Source: Terriglobales bacterium (GTDB lineage Bacteria > Acidobacteriota > Terriglobia > Terriglobales > Acidobacteriaceae). From it: a stretch of DNA of 64,000 nt. The stretch covers positions 88,971 through 152,970 of the forward strand of contig CAWDJD010000003.1 in NCBI GenBank assembly GCA_963802555.1, read 5' to 3'. The translations under genes were made by a program, and so were the position numbers. Below are positions 28,617 to 38,682 of the stretch, piece by piece (the stretch's first letter is position 1; each line of letters starts with the position of its first letter). The notes under the pieces were generated by a model. It saw nothing but the letters and a program-made list of their open reading frames with translations, made no database searches and was not told the DNA's origin.

Positions 28617-29401
28617 TTTGATTCCGGGTGCCCCGTCCTTCCCGCGCTTTTTGCGGAAGGGCGGGGATTTTCCTGGTTACGTCGCTGGCGCACGATCTCG
28701 TACAGCATGACTCCGGCAGCGACCGATACATTCAACGACGACATTTTGCCAAGCATGGGGATAGAAACCAGAAAATCGCACTTCCTGGCCACAAGATCGT
28801 GCACGCCCTTGCCTTCTCTCCCCAGCACGATGGCGCAATCCATGTTGTAGTCCATCTCGTCATAAATTTGCGGTCCAGCTTCATCGAGGGCGACCGTCCA
28901 GATATTCTTTTCCTTCAGCTCCTCAATAGTGCGCGCGATGTTGGTCACTTTGGCGATGGGCAAGTGTTCACTCGCTCCCGCCGAGGCCTTGGTCACGGTC
29001 GCGGTCACACCCACGGCCCGCCGCTCGGGGATGACCACGCCATCGGCTCCGGCGGCATCAGCGGTGCGTAGAATCGCGCCCAGGTTGTGGGGATCTTCAA
29101 TGCCATCCAGCACCACGAGCAGCGAATATTTTCCGCGCTTGGCGGCGATGACGTCGTCAAGCTCGTTATATTGTCTTGCCGAGGTAACCGCGACTACGCC
29201 CTGATGTGCGTTGTTCCCAGCTAACTCGTCGAGTTCGGCGCGGCTGACGAAGCGCACCGCAATGCCCTGCTTGCGGGACTCGTCAATGACCTGTTTCAAG
29301 CGCAGGTCATTTCTTTCTTTGGCGACGCCCACCCAGGCGAAGGTGCGTCCTCGTGCCTTCAGCGCCTCGGCGACCGCGTTAATTCCATAGATGTAATTCA
29401 T
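28613..29401 (-). CDS. rlmB: 23S rRNA (guanosine-2'-O)-methyltransferase, SpoU/TrmH family
   Basis: Motifs: IYGINAVAEAL..HQGVVA, LVVLDGIEDPHNLGAILRTADAAG, SLNVSVAAGVMLYE. The stop overlaps the next ATG (ATGA on the minus strand). Confidence 0.88.
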   Translation of the reverse strand: MNYIYGINAVAEALKARGRTFAWVGVAKERNDLRLKQVIDESRKQGIAVRFVSRAELDELAGNNAHQGVVAVTSARQYNELDDVIAAKRGKYSLLVVLDGIEDPHNLGAILRTADAAGADGVVIPERRAVGVTATVTKASAGASEHLPIAKVTNIARTIEELKEKNIWTVALDEAGPQIYDEMDYNMDCAIVLGREGKGVHDLVARKCDFLVSIPMLGKMSSLNVSVAAGVMLYEIVRQRRNQENPRPSAKSAGRTGHPESK

Positions 29402-29493
29402 GAGAGGTCAGTTTACCGCCTGTGGGGATTTGGGGCGAGGGCAGGTAGATGGGCAGGGTCTCCCCGATGCTAGACTGGAAGTTCTGAATACCC

Positions 29494-30690
29494 ATGAACG
29501 ACGTCTATTTTCTCTCCGCTGTGCGTACGCCGATCGGCAAGTTTGGAGGCGCGCTGGCCTCGATGACCGCTGCCGATATGGGAGTGGTTGCAGCGAAAGC
29601 CGCGATCGAGCGTGCCGGCGTCCGCCCCGATCAGATTGAAGAAGCGATTTTTGGCAACGCTCGTCAGGCCGGAGGCGGCCCCAATCCCGCTCGCCAGATT
29701 TCCATTCGCAGCGGAATTCCCCAGGAAGTTCCGGCGTATACCGTGAATAAGGCCTGCGCATCGGGATTGAAATCCATCGCCCTGGGATATCAGGAAATTT
29801 TTACCGGCAATCTCGAGTGCGTACTCGCCGGCGGAACGGAATCCATGTCGCGGCTTCCTTATTATCTCGAGGGTGCGCGCTGGGGATACCGGTTGGGCAA
29901 TCAGGAACTGGTGGACGGCATGTATCGCGACGGATTTTTCTGTCCGCTGGCGAAAATGCTGATGGGCGAAACTGCTGAAGTGCTCGCAGAACAATACAAG
30001 ATCACGCGCGACGAGCAGGACGAATTTGCATTGACCTCACAAACCCGCGCTGCGTGCTGCTGTTCAAGCCGGACGCTTCGACAACGAACTGGTTCCCGTG
30101 ATTCTCGAAAGCAAGAAAGGTCCGCAGACTTTCGAGCAAGGACGAACATCTCTTTGCGGGAGCTACGCTGGAAAAATTGGCCAAGCTCGCGCCGGTGTTT
30201 TCAAAGACGGGCACCATCACGGCGGGAAATTCTTCGGGAATTACTGATGGCGCGGCTGCGGTGGTGATCGCCAGCGAAGACTTCGTGAAGAAGAACAATC
30301 TAAAACCACTCGCGAGAATCTGTGACCGTGACTTCAGTTGGCGTCGATCCTCGCATCATGGGCATCGGCCCAGTCCCGGCTCTACGTAAGCTCGAGCAGA
30401 AACATAAACTTCGTCTGGCCGATTTTGATCTGATCGAATTGAACGAAGCCTTCGCCGCCCAGGTACTCGCGTGTGACCGCGAGCTACATTTTGATCGCGA
30501 CAGGCTCAACGTCAATGGTGGCGCCATCGCGCTCGGACATCCCATCGGATGCACGGGCACGCGCATCACAGTTACGCTGCTACATGAGATGATCCGCCGG
30601 AAAGTGAAGCGTGGCGTGGCGACGCTGTGCGTGAGTGGTGGGATGGGGATGGCGCTGGCGTTGGAGAACGCAACGCTCTTCGGCGCTTGA
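29494..30690 (+). pseudogene. acetyl-CoA C-acetyltransferase (thiolase), frame broken three times (near 30055, 30140, 30321)
   Basis: Thiolase sequence runs through three frames in turn. The first reads ..NKACASGLKS..DEFALTSQTRA. The second reads AAVQAGRFDNELVPVILESKKGPQTFEQ. The third reads DEHLFAGATLEKLAKLAPVFSKTGTITAGNSSGITDGAAAVVIAS..LKPLARI. It then returns to the first frame with VTVTSVGVDPRIMGIGPVPA..NGGAIALGHPIGCTG..CVSGGMG. The original frame stops at 30267. Confidence 0.9.
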
Positions 30691-30716
30691 GGCAACATCT
30701 CCCGCGAGAATTCCCA

Positions 30717-30861
30717 GTCATCCTGAGCGGAGTGAAGACTTCGCGCAGCGGAGTCTTCATGCAGTCGAAGGACCCCTACCACGCACAGACTGCCGATACT
30801 AGGGGTCCTTCGACTCCGCATTCGTCCGCGTTTGCGGACGAACTGCTCCGCTCAGGATGAC
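30717..30861. repeat. full-length 145-bp palindromic MITE/REP-like element
   Basis: Termini gtcatcctgagcgg / ccgctcaggatgac. Inner inverted pair gagtcgaaggaccccta / taggggtccttcgactc. Two arm hairpins. Intergenic, after the thiolase gene. Confidence 0.85.
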
Positions 30862-31075
30862 ATGGGAATGTGGAGCGGTGAGGAGCGCGATGCTATGGGC
30901 AAAACATTTTGCGGCCTGAGCAAGACCTAGTGATCAACACCCAGGAGAATCTCCGGCTCCCTTCCTTATTTCGCCGCTAAGCCCCTGCATAGCTCCATTC
31001 GCCTCGAACCATTGCATCCCCAACCCTGAAAGTGACTATACTTCCCATAGCGTCGAACAGGCTCAAAAGGAACGA

Positions 31076-31855
31076 ATGTCCTTATCAACCGTGATCGTGG
31101 ACGACGAGCAGTTGGCCCGCGACGAGCTCGCCTTCCTCTTGAAAAATATCGAGGAAGTGGACGTCGTGGCCCAGGGCAAGAACGGACTGGAAGCCGTGAA
31201 CCTCATCCGCGAGCACAATCCCGACCTGGTTTTTCTTGATGTGCAGATGCCCGGGCTAGATGGGTTTGGCGTAATCAAAAAGCTGCTGGACCGGAAAGTC
31301 CCGCTGCCGAAAATTGTGTTCGCTACGGCCTTCGATCAATATGCGGTGAAAGCTTTCGAAGTGAACGCGGTTGACTATCTTTTGAAACCGTTCGACCGCA
31401 AGCGTGTGGCCCAGTCGGTGCAGAAAGCGAAAGCCAAGACTGAAACCAACGCCGTCTCGTCCGATAAATTAGAGACGCTGGTCCGCATGCTGGAGTCGCA
31501 GAAGCCGCAGACTTCCAAGATCCTGCTCAAAGCCGCCGGCCGCCTTTTCCTGGTCAATCAGAAAGACATTTGTTTCGCGTCCATCGAGGACGGCATTATC
31601 AGCGTGGTCACCACCGGAGTCAGCGGCATGGAGGGCCAGTCCAACTGTCGCACGCTGGAAGAACTGCTGGATAGCCTCGACCCCAATTTTTTCTGGCGCG
31701 CGCATCGTTCTTATCTGGTGAATATCAATCGCATCAAGGAAGTCGTGCCCTGGTTCAAGAGTTCCTACCAGCTGCGCATGGACGACAAGAAGCAGACCGA
31801 AATCCCCGTGAGCCGCGCCCAAACCAAACGCTTGCGCGAATTGTTCGGACTTTAA
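31076..31855 (+). CDS. LytTR-family response regulator
   Basis: Receiver domain (VIVDDEQLARDEL..DLVFLDVQMPGLDGF..AVDYLLKPF) plus a C-terminal LytTR domain (FWRAHRSYLVNINRIKEV). No adjacent histidine kinase. Confidence 0.88.
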   Translation: MSLSTVIVDDEQLARDELAFLLKNIEEVDVVAQGKNGLEAVNLIREHNPDLVFLDVQMPGLDGFGVIKKLLDRKVPLPKIVFATAFDQYAVKAFEVNAVDYLLKPFDRKRVAQSVQKAKAKTETNAVSSDKLETLVRMLESQKPQTSKILLKAAGRLFLVNQKDICFASIEDGIISVVTTGVSGMEGQSNCRTLEELLDSLDPNFFWRAHRSYLVNINRIKEVVPWFKSSYQLRMDDKKQTEIPVSRAQTKRLRELFGL

Positions 31856-31935
31856 AAACTCAAGGACAATGGCAACCAGTGTCTTGACGAACGCATCCCA
31901 TCGGGTAATCTATCGGTGTATTTGGGGCATTCGAT

Positions 31936-32370
31936 TTGATTGGAATTCTAGACAAGGCGCATAAAAGCTGGCCCATCAGGACTTTAGGTCTGGTCTGCGC
32001 TCTGCTTGTTGGGTTCAGCGGATTTGCCCAGGCTGTTCACGTCCATCCGGAAAACTCCAAGCTTCCCAGCCACGAGTGCTCGATTTGCTCGGTGGCTCAT
32101 GCGGGAGTGATCGCCCAGCGCCACCTATCAGCCCTCGCCGGTATTTATCCGGACTGTGTTGTTTATCGCTCCGGACGTCATCCATCAATCTTCTGGCTTC
32201 GTTTTTTCCCTCCGCATCCGTCCGCCTCCACAAGCCTAGGGTTCGAAAACATCTTAGCGGGACCGCGAGTGGTCCCATTCCCCAACCCTATTCATTTTCC
32301 TTGGAGGAATTCATGCTGGCTTCTTATAAGAAGTCGCTTCGTGCGGCTTTTGCAGTGCTTTTCGTTTTGA
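31936..32370 (+). CDS. small membrane-anchored protein with an HxCxxC motif (DUF2946-like, tentative)
   Basis: TTG start, hydrophobic segment LGLVCALLVGFSGFAQA, then VHVHPENSKLPSHECSICSVAH. The ORF tail overlaps the next gene start by 58 nt. Both ends are uncertain. Confidence 0.35.
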   Translation: MIGILDKAHKSWPIRTLGLVCALLVGFSGFAQAVHVHPENSKLPSHECSICSVAHAGVIAQRHLSALAGIYPDCVVYRSGRHPSIFWLRFFPPHPSASTSLGFENILAGPRVVPFPNPIHFPWRNSCWLLIRSRFVRLLQCFSF

Positions 32371-35144
32371 CTCTATCCCTGTGTGCGTACGCGCAATCCG
32401 GAAGTTCCACTACGGTCAACGGCACGGTTGTGGACCCCACCGGCGCAGTGGTGGCCAGCGCTACCGTGGAAATTCACAACCCGGTCAGCGCTTTTGACCG
32501 GTCTGAGACCTCGGACAGTTCGGGCAATTTCAGCTTCCCCAACGTTCCCTTCAACCCGTATCACCTGAGTGTCAGCGCCAAGGGGTTCGCGCCTTACGCC
32601 CAGGACATTGATGTCCGGTCCATTGTGCCCATTAAAGTCGGCATCACTCTCAAGGTTGCCGGATCGTCCGACACAGTAACGGTGGAAAGCGGCGGCGATT
32701 TGCTGGAGAACGATCCTACTTTTCACACCGATGTTGATCGCGGGCTCTTCGATAAAATTCCTTTGGAGAGTGCCTCGTCCTCGGTAAGTTCGCTCGTTAC
32801 CCAAGCCACTCCTGGCATTGCGGCCGATTCCAACGGACTCTTCCACGGTCTCGGCGACCACGCAGAGAATTCGTTTTCCGTTGATGGCCAGCCCATCACC
32901 GATCAGCAGAGCAAAGTGTTTTCGAATCAGATTCCCCTTGATTCGATCGACTCGATGGAAGTGATTTCGGGTGCGCCGCCTGCGGAATACGGAGGCAAGA
33001 CCAGCGTGGTCATTGTGGCGACAACCCGTTCCGGCCAGGGCATCACCACGCCCCACGGCAGCGTGACCACTTCCTATGGATCGTTTGGCACCTCCAACCT
33101 CGCCGCCAATCTCGCCTACGGAGGCGCAAAGTGGGGAAACTTTATTTCTGCCAGCGGCCTCAACAGCGGCCGGTTCCTTGACCCGCCGGAGTTCGTAGTA
33201 ATACACGACAAGGGCAATGAGGAAAATTTATTCGACCGGGTGGATTATCAATTCTCGGGTGCAGATTCCATTCACCTGAACCTGGGATTTACCCGTTCCT
33301 GGTTCCAAACCCCCAATCCCTACGACGCCGAATACGCAACTCCATGGAACGGAGTGGTGGTGGCCAATGGCGGCCTCGATCCTAACGGCAATGTCGTCGG
33401 CCCGGCTGACCAGCGTTCGCAGATCCAGACCTTCAACATCGCTCCTTCCTGGACGCGAGTGCTTAGTCCTACTACCGTTTTCACTCTGGGAGCTTTTGTC
33501 CGGCGCGATGGATACAACTATTATCCCAGCGCAAATCCTTTCGCGGACCTCGGTGCCCCCGGTCTTCAGGGCGAAACCGTAAGCCAGAGGCGCACGCTCA
33601 CCAACGCTGGGCTGCGTTCGGATCTCTCTTACGTAAAGGGAATTCATAACCTTAAGGTCGGGGCCACCTACGAGCAGACGTTTCTCGACGAAAAGGACCC
33701 TTTCGGCATAGTTGATCCCACGCTGAACGCGCCCTGTCAGGATGCGAATGGCGCGCCGGTATTTGTTGGCAACCCCGGAGTGAACGATCCGGGAAATTGC
33801 GCAACCGCCACGACCACCAACCAGGTTCTTTATCCCGCACCGTTTACCGCGAATGCCGGCTTCAACTCTTTGCTGGGTTGCTATGACCTGACCCGTCCGA
33901 CTCCAGCTCTCAGTGACGGCTGCACCGCATCCACCAGCGGCCTGTACACCTTCAACGGTCACACCGACGTGAAGGAACTGGCGCTCTATGTCCAGGACAC
34001 AATCACCAAAGGCAACTGGGCTCTAAACTTGGGACTGCGTGGCGATTTCTACAACGGCCTTACCACCCATCGGGAAGCCGAGCCTCGCCTTGGTGTCGCT
34101 TACAACATTAAGCAAACCAACACGATTCTTCGAGTTTCCTACGCGCGGACCATGGAAAGCCCCTTCAACGAAAACCTCGTGCTCTCCAACCTCGGCTGTG
34201 GCAACCCCGTCTTGAATCCGCTTCTTGCTTGCACCGGGTCAAGCATCAATCCATTTAGTCCGGGCTGGCGCAATGAATTCCACGCGGGTATTCAACAGGC
34301 TTTCGGGAGATATCTTGTCTTTTCTGGCGAGTACATCTGGAAGTACACACACAACGCCTATGACTTCAGCGTGCTCGGCACCACCCCGATCACCTTCCCG
34401 ATTGAATGGGACCGCTCCAAGATTCCAGGGTACGCGGCCCGCGTGAGCGTCCCGAACCTCCATGGATTCTCCGGACTGGTGGTCTTCTCCAGTGTGGCCG
34501 CCCGCTTTTTCAGTCCACAAATCGGTGGCGCGGGCGCGGTTCCCTCTGCTGCGGGACCGTTCCGTATTGACCACGATGAAAAGTTCAACCTCACGGGTCA
34601 TCTACAATACCAGCCGTGGAAGAAGGGCCCATGGATGGGTTTCAATTGGCGCTATGACAGCGGATTGGTGGCTGGGCCAGCACCCTGCGCCGGAGGCAAC
34701 TGTGCGAACGGCCCCTTGGGCACTGACTCAGTGGTGGACACATCTGGCCTGAGCGCGGACCAGGAGTTCCAAGCGGGACTATTTTGCGGTTCCGTTCACG
34801 CGGCGCCCCCTACGCCGGGAAATCCGCTGGGCACTTCGCTCAGTTCCAGTCTGGGTACGAACCTATGCCCCGCCGCACAATACGGGTCGTCGCTTCTGCA
34901 ACTACCAGCGGCCGGCACCGAGGATGACGACCACAACCCGCCACGCGTCGCGCCCCGGAACTTGTTTGACATCGCCGTGGGCCATGACAACCTCTTTCAC
35001 GGCGATCGATACAAATGGAGTGCGCGCTTAACTGCAGTCAATATAACCAACAAATACGCGCTCTATAACTTCCTGTCCACGTTCAGCGGCACGCATTACG
35101 TCACCCCGCGGGCGCTGACGGCAGAACTTGGGTTCCACTTCTAA
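32313..35144 (+). CDS. TonB-dependent-receptor-like outer-membrane protein with an N-terminal carboxypeptidase-regulatory-like domain
   Basis: ATG at 32313 preceded by GGAGG. Signal peptide ending CAYAQ. The TVNGTVVDPTGAVVASATVEIHN segment is CarbopepD_reg-like. Plug-like motifs (DGQPITD.., EVISGAPPAEYGG). Long beta-rich body ending ..LTAELGFHF. Confidence 0.8.
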   Translation: MLASYKKSLRAAFAVLFVLTLSLCAYAQSGSSTTVNGTVVDPTGAVVASATVEIHNPVSAFDRSETSDSSGNFSFPNVPFNPYHLSVSAKGFAPYAQDIDVRSIVPIKVGITLKVAGSSDTVTVESGGDLLENDPTFHTDVDRGLFDKIPLESASSSVSSLVTQATPGIAADSNGLFHGLGDHAENSFSVDGQPITDQQSKVFSNQIPLDSIDSMEVISGAPPAEYGGKTSVVIVATTRSGQGITTPHGSVTTSYGSFGTSNLAANLAYGGAKWGNFISASGLNSGRFLDPPEFVVIHDKGNEENLFDRVDYQFSGADSIHLNLGFTRSWFQTPNPYDAEYATPWNGVVVANGGLDPNGNVVGPADQRSQIQTFNIAPSWTRVLSPTTVFTLGAFVRRDGYNYYPSANPFADLGAPGLQGETVSQRRTLTNAGLRSDLSYVKGIHNLKVGATYEQTFLDEKDPFGIVDPTLNAPCQDANGAPVFVGNPGVNDPGNCATATTTNQVLYPAPFTANAGFNSLLGCYDLTRPTPALSDGCTASTSGLYTFNGHTDVKELALYVQDTITKGNWALNLGLRGDFYNGLTTHREAEPRLGVAYNIKQTNTILRVSYARTMESPFNENLVLSNLGCGNPVLNPLLACTGSSINPFSPGWRNEFHAGIQQAFGRYLVFSGEYIWKYTHNAYDFSVLGTTPITFPIEWDRSKIPGYAARVSVPNLHGFSGLVVFSSVAARFFSPQIGGAGAVPSAAGPFRIDHDEKFNLTGHLQYQPWKKGPWMGFNWRYDSGLVAGPAPCAGGNCANGPLGTDSVVDTSGLSADQEFQAGLFCGSVHAAPPTPGNPLGTSLSSSLGTNLCPAAQYGSSLLQLPAAGTEDDDHNPPRVAPRNLFDIAVGHDNLFHGDRYKWSARLTAVNITNKYALYNFLSTFSGTHYVTPRALTAELGFHF

Positions 35145-35159
35145 TCCCCGTCGCACAGC

Positions 35160-35193
35160 AAATAGGGAGGGGCAAAAATGCCCCTCCCTATTT
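35160..35193. terminator. perfect 14-bp stem hairpin between convergent genes (bidirectional terminator candidate)
   Basis: Stem aaatagggaggggc, loop aaaaat, stem gcccctccctattt. Lies 16 nt after the receptor stop and 21 nt after the Crp-family stop. Confidence 0.7.
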
Positions 35194-35213
35194 ACTTCAT
35201 CCAGAAATAGTTT

Positions 35214-35939
35214 TTACGCGGCAATCGCCTCCAACGCCGTCCGATTCCGGATCACCAGAGTCGTCCCGTCAATCCGTATGTATTCTTTTCTTTTCAGATC
35301 GCTGAGCAGGCGGGTCACAGTTTCGCGTGACGAACCAATCATCTGTGCCATCTCCTCGTGCGTAAGGGTGGGCCGGATGCGGATTTCGCTGGCCGCTGGG
35401 TCTCTTTCGCGGCCCGGGGTCCAGGAAAGCAGCAGCCTCGCCAACTTACCAGCCGAGGAACGCGCGAGCACCAGATCGTGAATGTCCCGGTACGCCGACT
35501 GGAACTCTTTGCTCAACGCCTGCGCCGAATGGAGTCCCAGCTCCCCGCTTTTTTCCATGAGCTGGATCAGGGGCTCGCGCTCCACAAAATTCACCTGGCA
35601 AGGCGACGCCGTCTCCGCCGTCACTTCGTAAGGCTCGCCGGAAATGACCGCGCTTAAGCCGAGCACTTCGCCGGCCTGGGCCATCTTCAGGATGAGAACT
35701 TTTCCATCCCGCGAAGTCGTCGAGAGCTTCACCTTGCCCGAGCAGAGCACGAAGGCCCCGCGCGGCAATTGCCCCTCGACGAACAGCAACGCGCCCCCTG
35801 GATAAGTGCTGAGATGGCTGGCCCCGCTGAAGGGCCGCAACACTTCCGATGACAGGTGACAGAACCAATGACTCTTCCGCAATTTGCAGGTCAGACAGCT
35901 CTCTATGATTTCCAACCCATACGGAGTGTTCATGGTCAT
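35214..35939 (-). CDS. Crp/Fnr-family transcriptional regulator with an N-terminal Cys motif
   Basis: cNMP-binding-like barrel (GGALLFVEGQLPRGAFVLCSGKVKL..DGKVLILKMAQAGEVLG) and C-terminal HTH (THEEMAQMIGSSRETVTRLLSDLKRK). CLTCKLRKSHWFC lies near the N-terminus. The ORF stays open upstream to 36383, so the start is uncertain. Confidence 0.8.
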   Translation of the reverse strand: MTMNTPYGLEIIESCLTCKLRKSHWFCHLSSEVLRPFSGASHLSTYPGGALLFVEGQLPRGAFVLCSGKVKLSTTSRDGKVLILKMAQAGEVLGLSAVISGEPYEVTAETASPCQVNFVEREPLIQLMEKSGELGLHSAQALSKEFQSAYRDIHDLVLARSSAGKLARLLLSWTPGRERDPAASEIRIRPTLTHEEMAQMIGSSRETVTRLLSDLKRKEYIRIDGTTLVIRNRTALEAIAA

Positions 35940-36603
35940 CACCTTGCCGGGACTTTGCCCTGTAGGTCTGAGTGCATATTCAGCCGCCATAACGTCGAGA
36001 CCGGATCGGGTGCGGCGCAAGTCGCGCACCAGCAATCGCGAGTTCTCAGTTTTCGCGAGCAAAGCGGCCGCGACTGCCCGGACGCCGCGGTCCCAAGACC
36101 TCAGTCCATGAATCAACTCCCAGCCGGCAGCGGTATCTCCGTTGCGGTGCCACTCTGAGCTACAAAAAAACAGGTAGAGAGGGTCGATGCCCTCTCCTTG
36201 GGTTCGTTTGTGAAGATCTCTGCGGGAACGGGGCCTGAGCCAATCCGGCATCCCGGAAACGGCTGCCAACGGCGCCGGAACGGGGGTAGTGTGGCCAATC
36301 GGACGAGCGGCGGCCCGCAGTCCCATCCTTTGCCCCAGACTCCAGCTCGGCCAGTTTTCCACTGAACCGTTGCCCACTCTCATAGTCTCTCCGCGACTGA
36401 GTTCGAAGCAGAATTTGACCGATCAAGGACTGTTCCATGGCAGCTTGAGTTCCAAAGTGGCATCGAACGTAAATGGCGGAGGACTAACGCACTATCGGTG
36501 TCCAGGAAGGTCGAAGGGCGGGGCTGGCTGACGATGGGGAGGCAGAATGCCGAAAATTCGGCGGTCGGCGAGATGCAATGCTTCCGGTCGAAAATCGAAT
36601 CGC

Positions 36604-38682
36604 TCAGCCTTTTTCGTATTCGTGGCGGGAAAGGCCCATCTTCAGCATTCTGGATTGCAGGGTGGTTCGTTTCAATCCCAGTCGGGCCGCAGCTCCTCGT
36701 GGCCCGGCGATTACGCCCCCGGTTTCACGCAGGACGCGGACGATCAGTTCCCGTTCCAGACTCTCGAGCGTGCCATCGTTTTGAACACGATCACGGTCGG
36801 AGGACCGCAGTTCCGCCAACGGAACGTTCAGGATGGAACCCTCCGAGAGGATCACCGACCGCTCGATGAAATTTTCCAGTTCCCTCACGTTGCCCGGCCA
36901 TTCCCAACTCGCCAATGCACTCATGGTCTCGGCGGGAATGGTCTCGATGCGCTTGTTCATGCGCCGGGAATATTTCTGGACGAAATAGCTGACCAGTAGC
37001 TGGACATCTTTGCCGCGCTCTCGCAGGGGCGGCATGCGAATGGGAAAAACATTCAAACGGTAGTAGAGATCGCTGCGGAATTCTCGTTCGGCGACACTCT
37101 TCGCCAAGTCCCGGTTGGTGGCCGCGACCAGGCGGACGTTGACGCGAATGGTGCGGTTGGATCCCAGTCGCTCGAACTCCTGGTCTTGCAGCACACGCAG
37201 CAGTTTCGGTTGCAATTCCAGGGGAATGTCGCCCACCTCGTCGAGGAAGAGGGTCCCTTTGTCCGCCAGTTCGAGGCGTCCGATTTTCTGGCTGACGGCG
37301 CCGGTGAAAGCGCCCTTCTCGTGGCCAAAGAGCTCACTTTCCAGCAGCCCGGTTGGAATGGCGGCACAATTCAGTTTGATGAAGCTCGCATCCTTCCGGG
37401 TACTCATGCGATGGATGGCGCGGGCAATCAGCTCTTTCCCGGTACCGGTGTCGCCCAGAATCAGGACGGTCGCATTGGTAGGGGCGGCGGTTTTTGCCTG
37501 CGCGAGTACCCGCTTCAGGGCCGGACTCTCGCCAACAATCTCTTCAAAATTCCGGTCGGAACGAATTTCGCCTTCCAAGTAGGATTTCTCGTGCGCCAGT
37601 TTGTCCTTGAATTTGGCGATTTCGCGGTAGGCGCGAGCGTTGTCCAAGGCCACCGCGACCTGCATTGTGACTTGCTTCAAGAAGCCGAAATCCTGGGAGA
37701 CAAAGGCATTGTCCTCGGTGCTGGCCAGGTTGAGTGTGCCGATCGCGCCTTTTCGAGTAATCAGAGGAATGCAGCACAAGGACTGGATGCCTTGTGCCAG
37801 CATGCGGTCCACAAAATTGGAATGGATCCCTCTTAGCTCTCCCAGGTTGTAAATTTTGGTTTCCTTTTCCAGGAAGGCCCTGCCGGCGGTCGACTCCTGC
37901 ACCGAGATAGTGGTGTCGGCGCCAATCAGCCCCTCGGCCAGCGAGGAGTCCAGGGCATACATGTGCAGGGACTGCGTGGGTTCATCATAGATGGCCACGC
38001 TGGCATAATCCTGGCGGACGACCTTGCGAATGAAGCCTGCGATCGCAGGAAAGAGCTGCTGGATGTCGAGGTTGGTGACCAGGGTATTGTTCACTTCCAG
38101 TAACATCTGGAGGCGCTGCCGTTCCAATTGGAGTGCGCCGAACATCAAGGAATTCTCCACCGCGAGCGCGACCAGTTCCGCAACGCGCTGCAACATCCGC
38201 AGGTCTTTTTCGCTGTAGAGGCCTTCCTGGGAGCTACCCAGACTGAGGGCGCCTAATCTCCTTTGCGTCGTGGTCAAGGGCAATGCGCAATAGGAGCGGA
38301 TGCCTTTCTGCCTCAATCCCGCCAAGGCGTCCGAGAAACGCTCCTCCACCGCCTGGTCTGGAACGACCAGTGGTTGCTGGTTTTGCCAAACCCAGCCGAT
38401 GGGCGAGTCTTCGACCGACACTTCGGCGGCCGAGGGAGCGAGATTGGAACCCTCCCAGACGTGCACACGCATCACATTTTTCGAGGAGTCATGCAGAGAG
38501 AAAGTGGCAAGTTCGAAGGCCGCGAATTCGCGCAGACGCTCGGCTAGCTCGCGAAACAGCTCTGCCAGACCACGATGGTGGACCACCAGGTCCGCCATGT
38601 GCAGCAAAGTTTCGTAACGGCGAAGTTCGCCGTCGGAATCGAGATGACGCTCAGGAACCATTTGCGCGAGCTCACTGTGCAT
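36604..38682 (-). CDS. sigma-54-dependent transcriptional activator (GAF-GAF-AAA+-Fis HTH)
   Basis: AAA+ region [15 protein letters not shown] and GAFTGA, followed by ..[15 protein letters not shown], then [11 protein letters not shown], then a C-terminal HTH ([20 protein letters not shown]). The N-terminal half is GAF-like. ATG at 38682 is preceded by GAGGGGG. The ORF is open to 38784. Confidence 0.88.
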   Translation of the reverse strand: MHSELAQMVPERHLDSDGELRRYETLLHMADLVVHHRGLAELFRELAERLREFAAFELATFSLHDSSKNVMRVHVWEGSNLAPSAAEVSVEDSPIGWVWQNQQPLVVPDQAVEERFSDALAGLRQKGIRSYCALPLTTTQRRLGALSLGSSQEGLYSEKDLRMLQRVAELVALAVENSLMFGALQLERQRLQMLLEVNNTLVTNLDIQQLFPAIAGFIRKVVRQDYASVAIYDEPTQSLHMYALDSSLAEGLIGADTTISVQESTAGRAFLEKETKIYNLGELRGIHSNFVDRMLAQGIQSLCCIPLITRKGAIGTLNLASTEDNAFVSQDFGFLKQVTMQVAVALDNARAYREIAKFKDKLAHEKSYLEGEIRSDRNFEEIVGESPALKRVLAQAKTAAPTNATVLILGDTGTGKELIARAIHRMSTRKDASFIKLNCAAIPTGLLESELFGHEKGAFTGAVSQKIGRLELADKGTLFLDEVGDIPLELQPKLLRVLQDQEFERLGSNRTIRVNVRLVAATNRDLAKSVAEREFRSDLYYRLNVFPIRMPPLRERGKDVQLLVSYFVQKYSRRMNKRIETIPAETMSALASWEWPGNVRELENFIERSVILSEGSILNVPLAELRSSDRDRVQNDGTLESLERELIVRVLRETGGVIAGPRGAAARLGLKRTTLQSRMLKMGLSRHEYEKG

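Noticed and set aside
26934-28850. Very long ORFs antisense to real genes. Examples are 26934-28850 (638 aa) opposite the M1-like gene, 46385-47659 opposite dnaK, 9320-10219 opposite the amidohydrolase, 22677-23465 opposite sucC, 56615-57472 opposite ppc, and 32373-33962 opposite the receptor.
   Set aside because: Their translations are Arg/Gly/Ala/His-rich with no recognisable motifs, and the opposite strand encodes clearly conserved proteins. This is typical shadow-ORF behaviour in GC-rich DNA.
31905-31940. Sigma-54-like GGCAT-N6-TTGA near the start of the small HxCxxC ORF.
   Set aside because: The -12 GC is replaced by GA, and the motif overlaps the only available start codon. This is not convincing.
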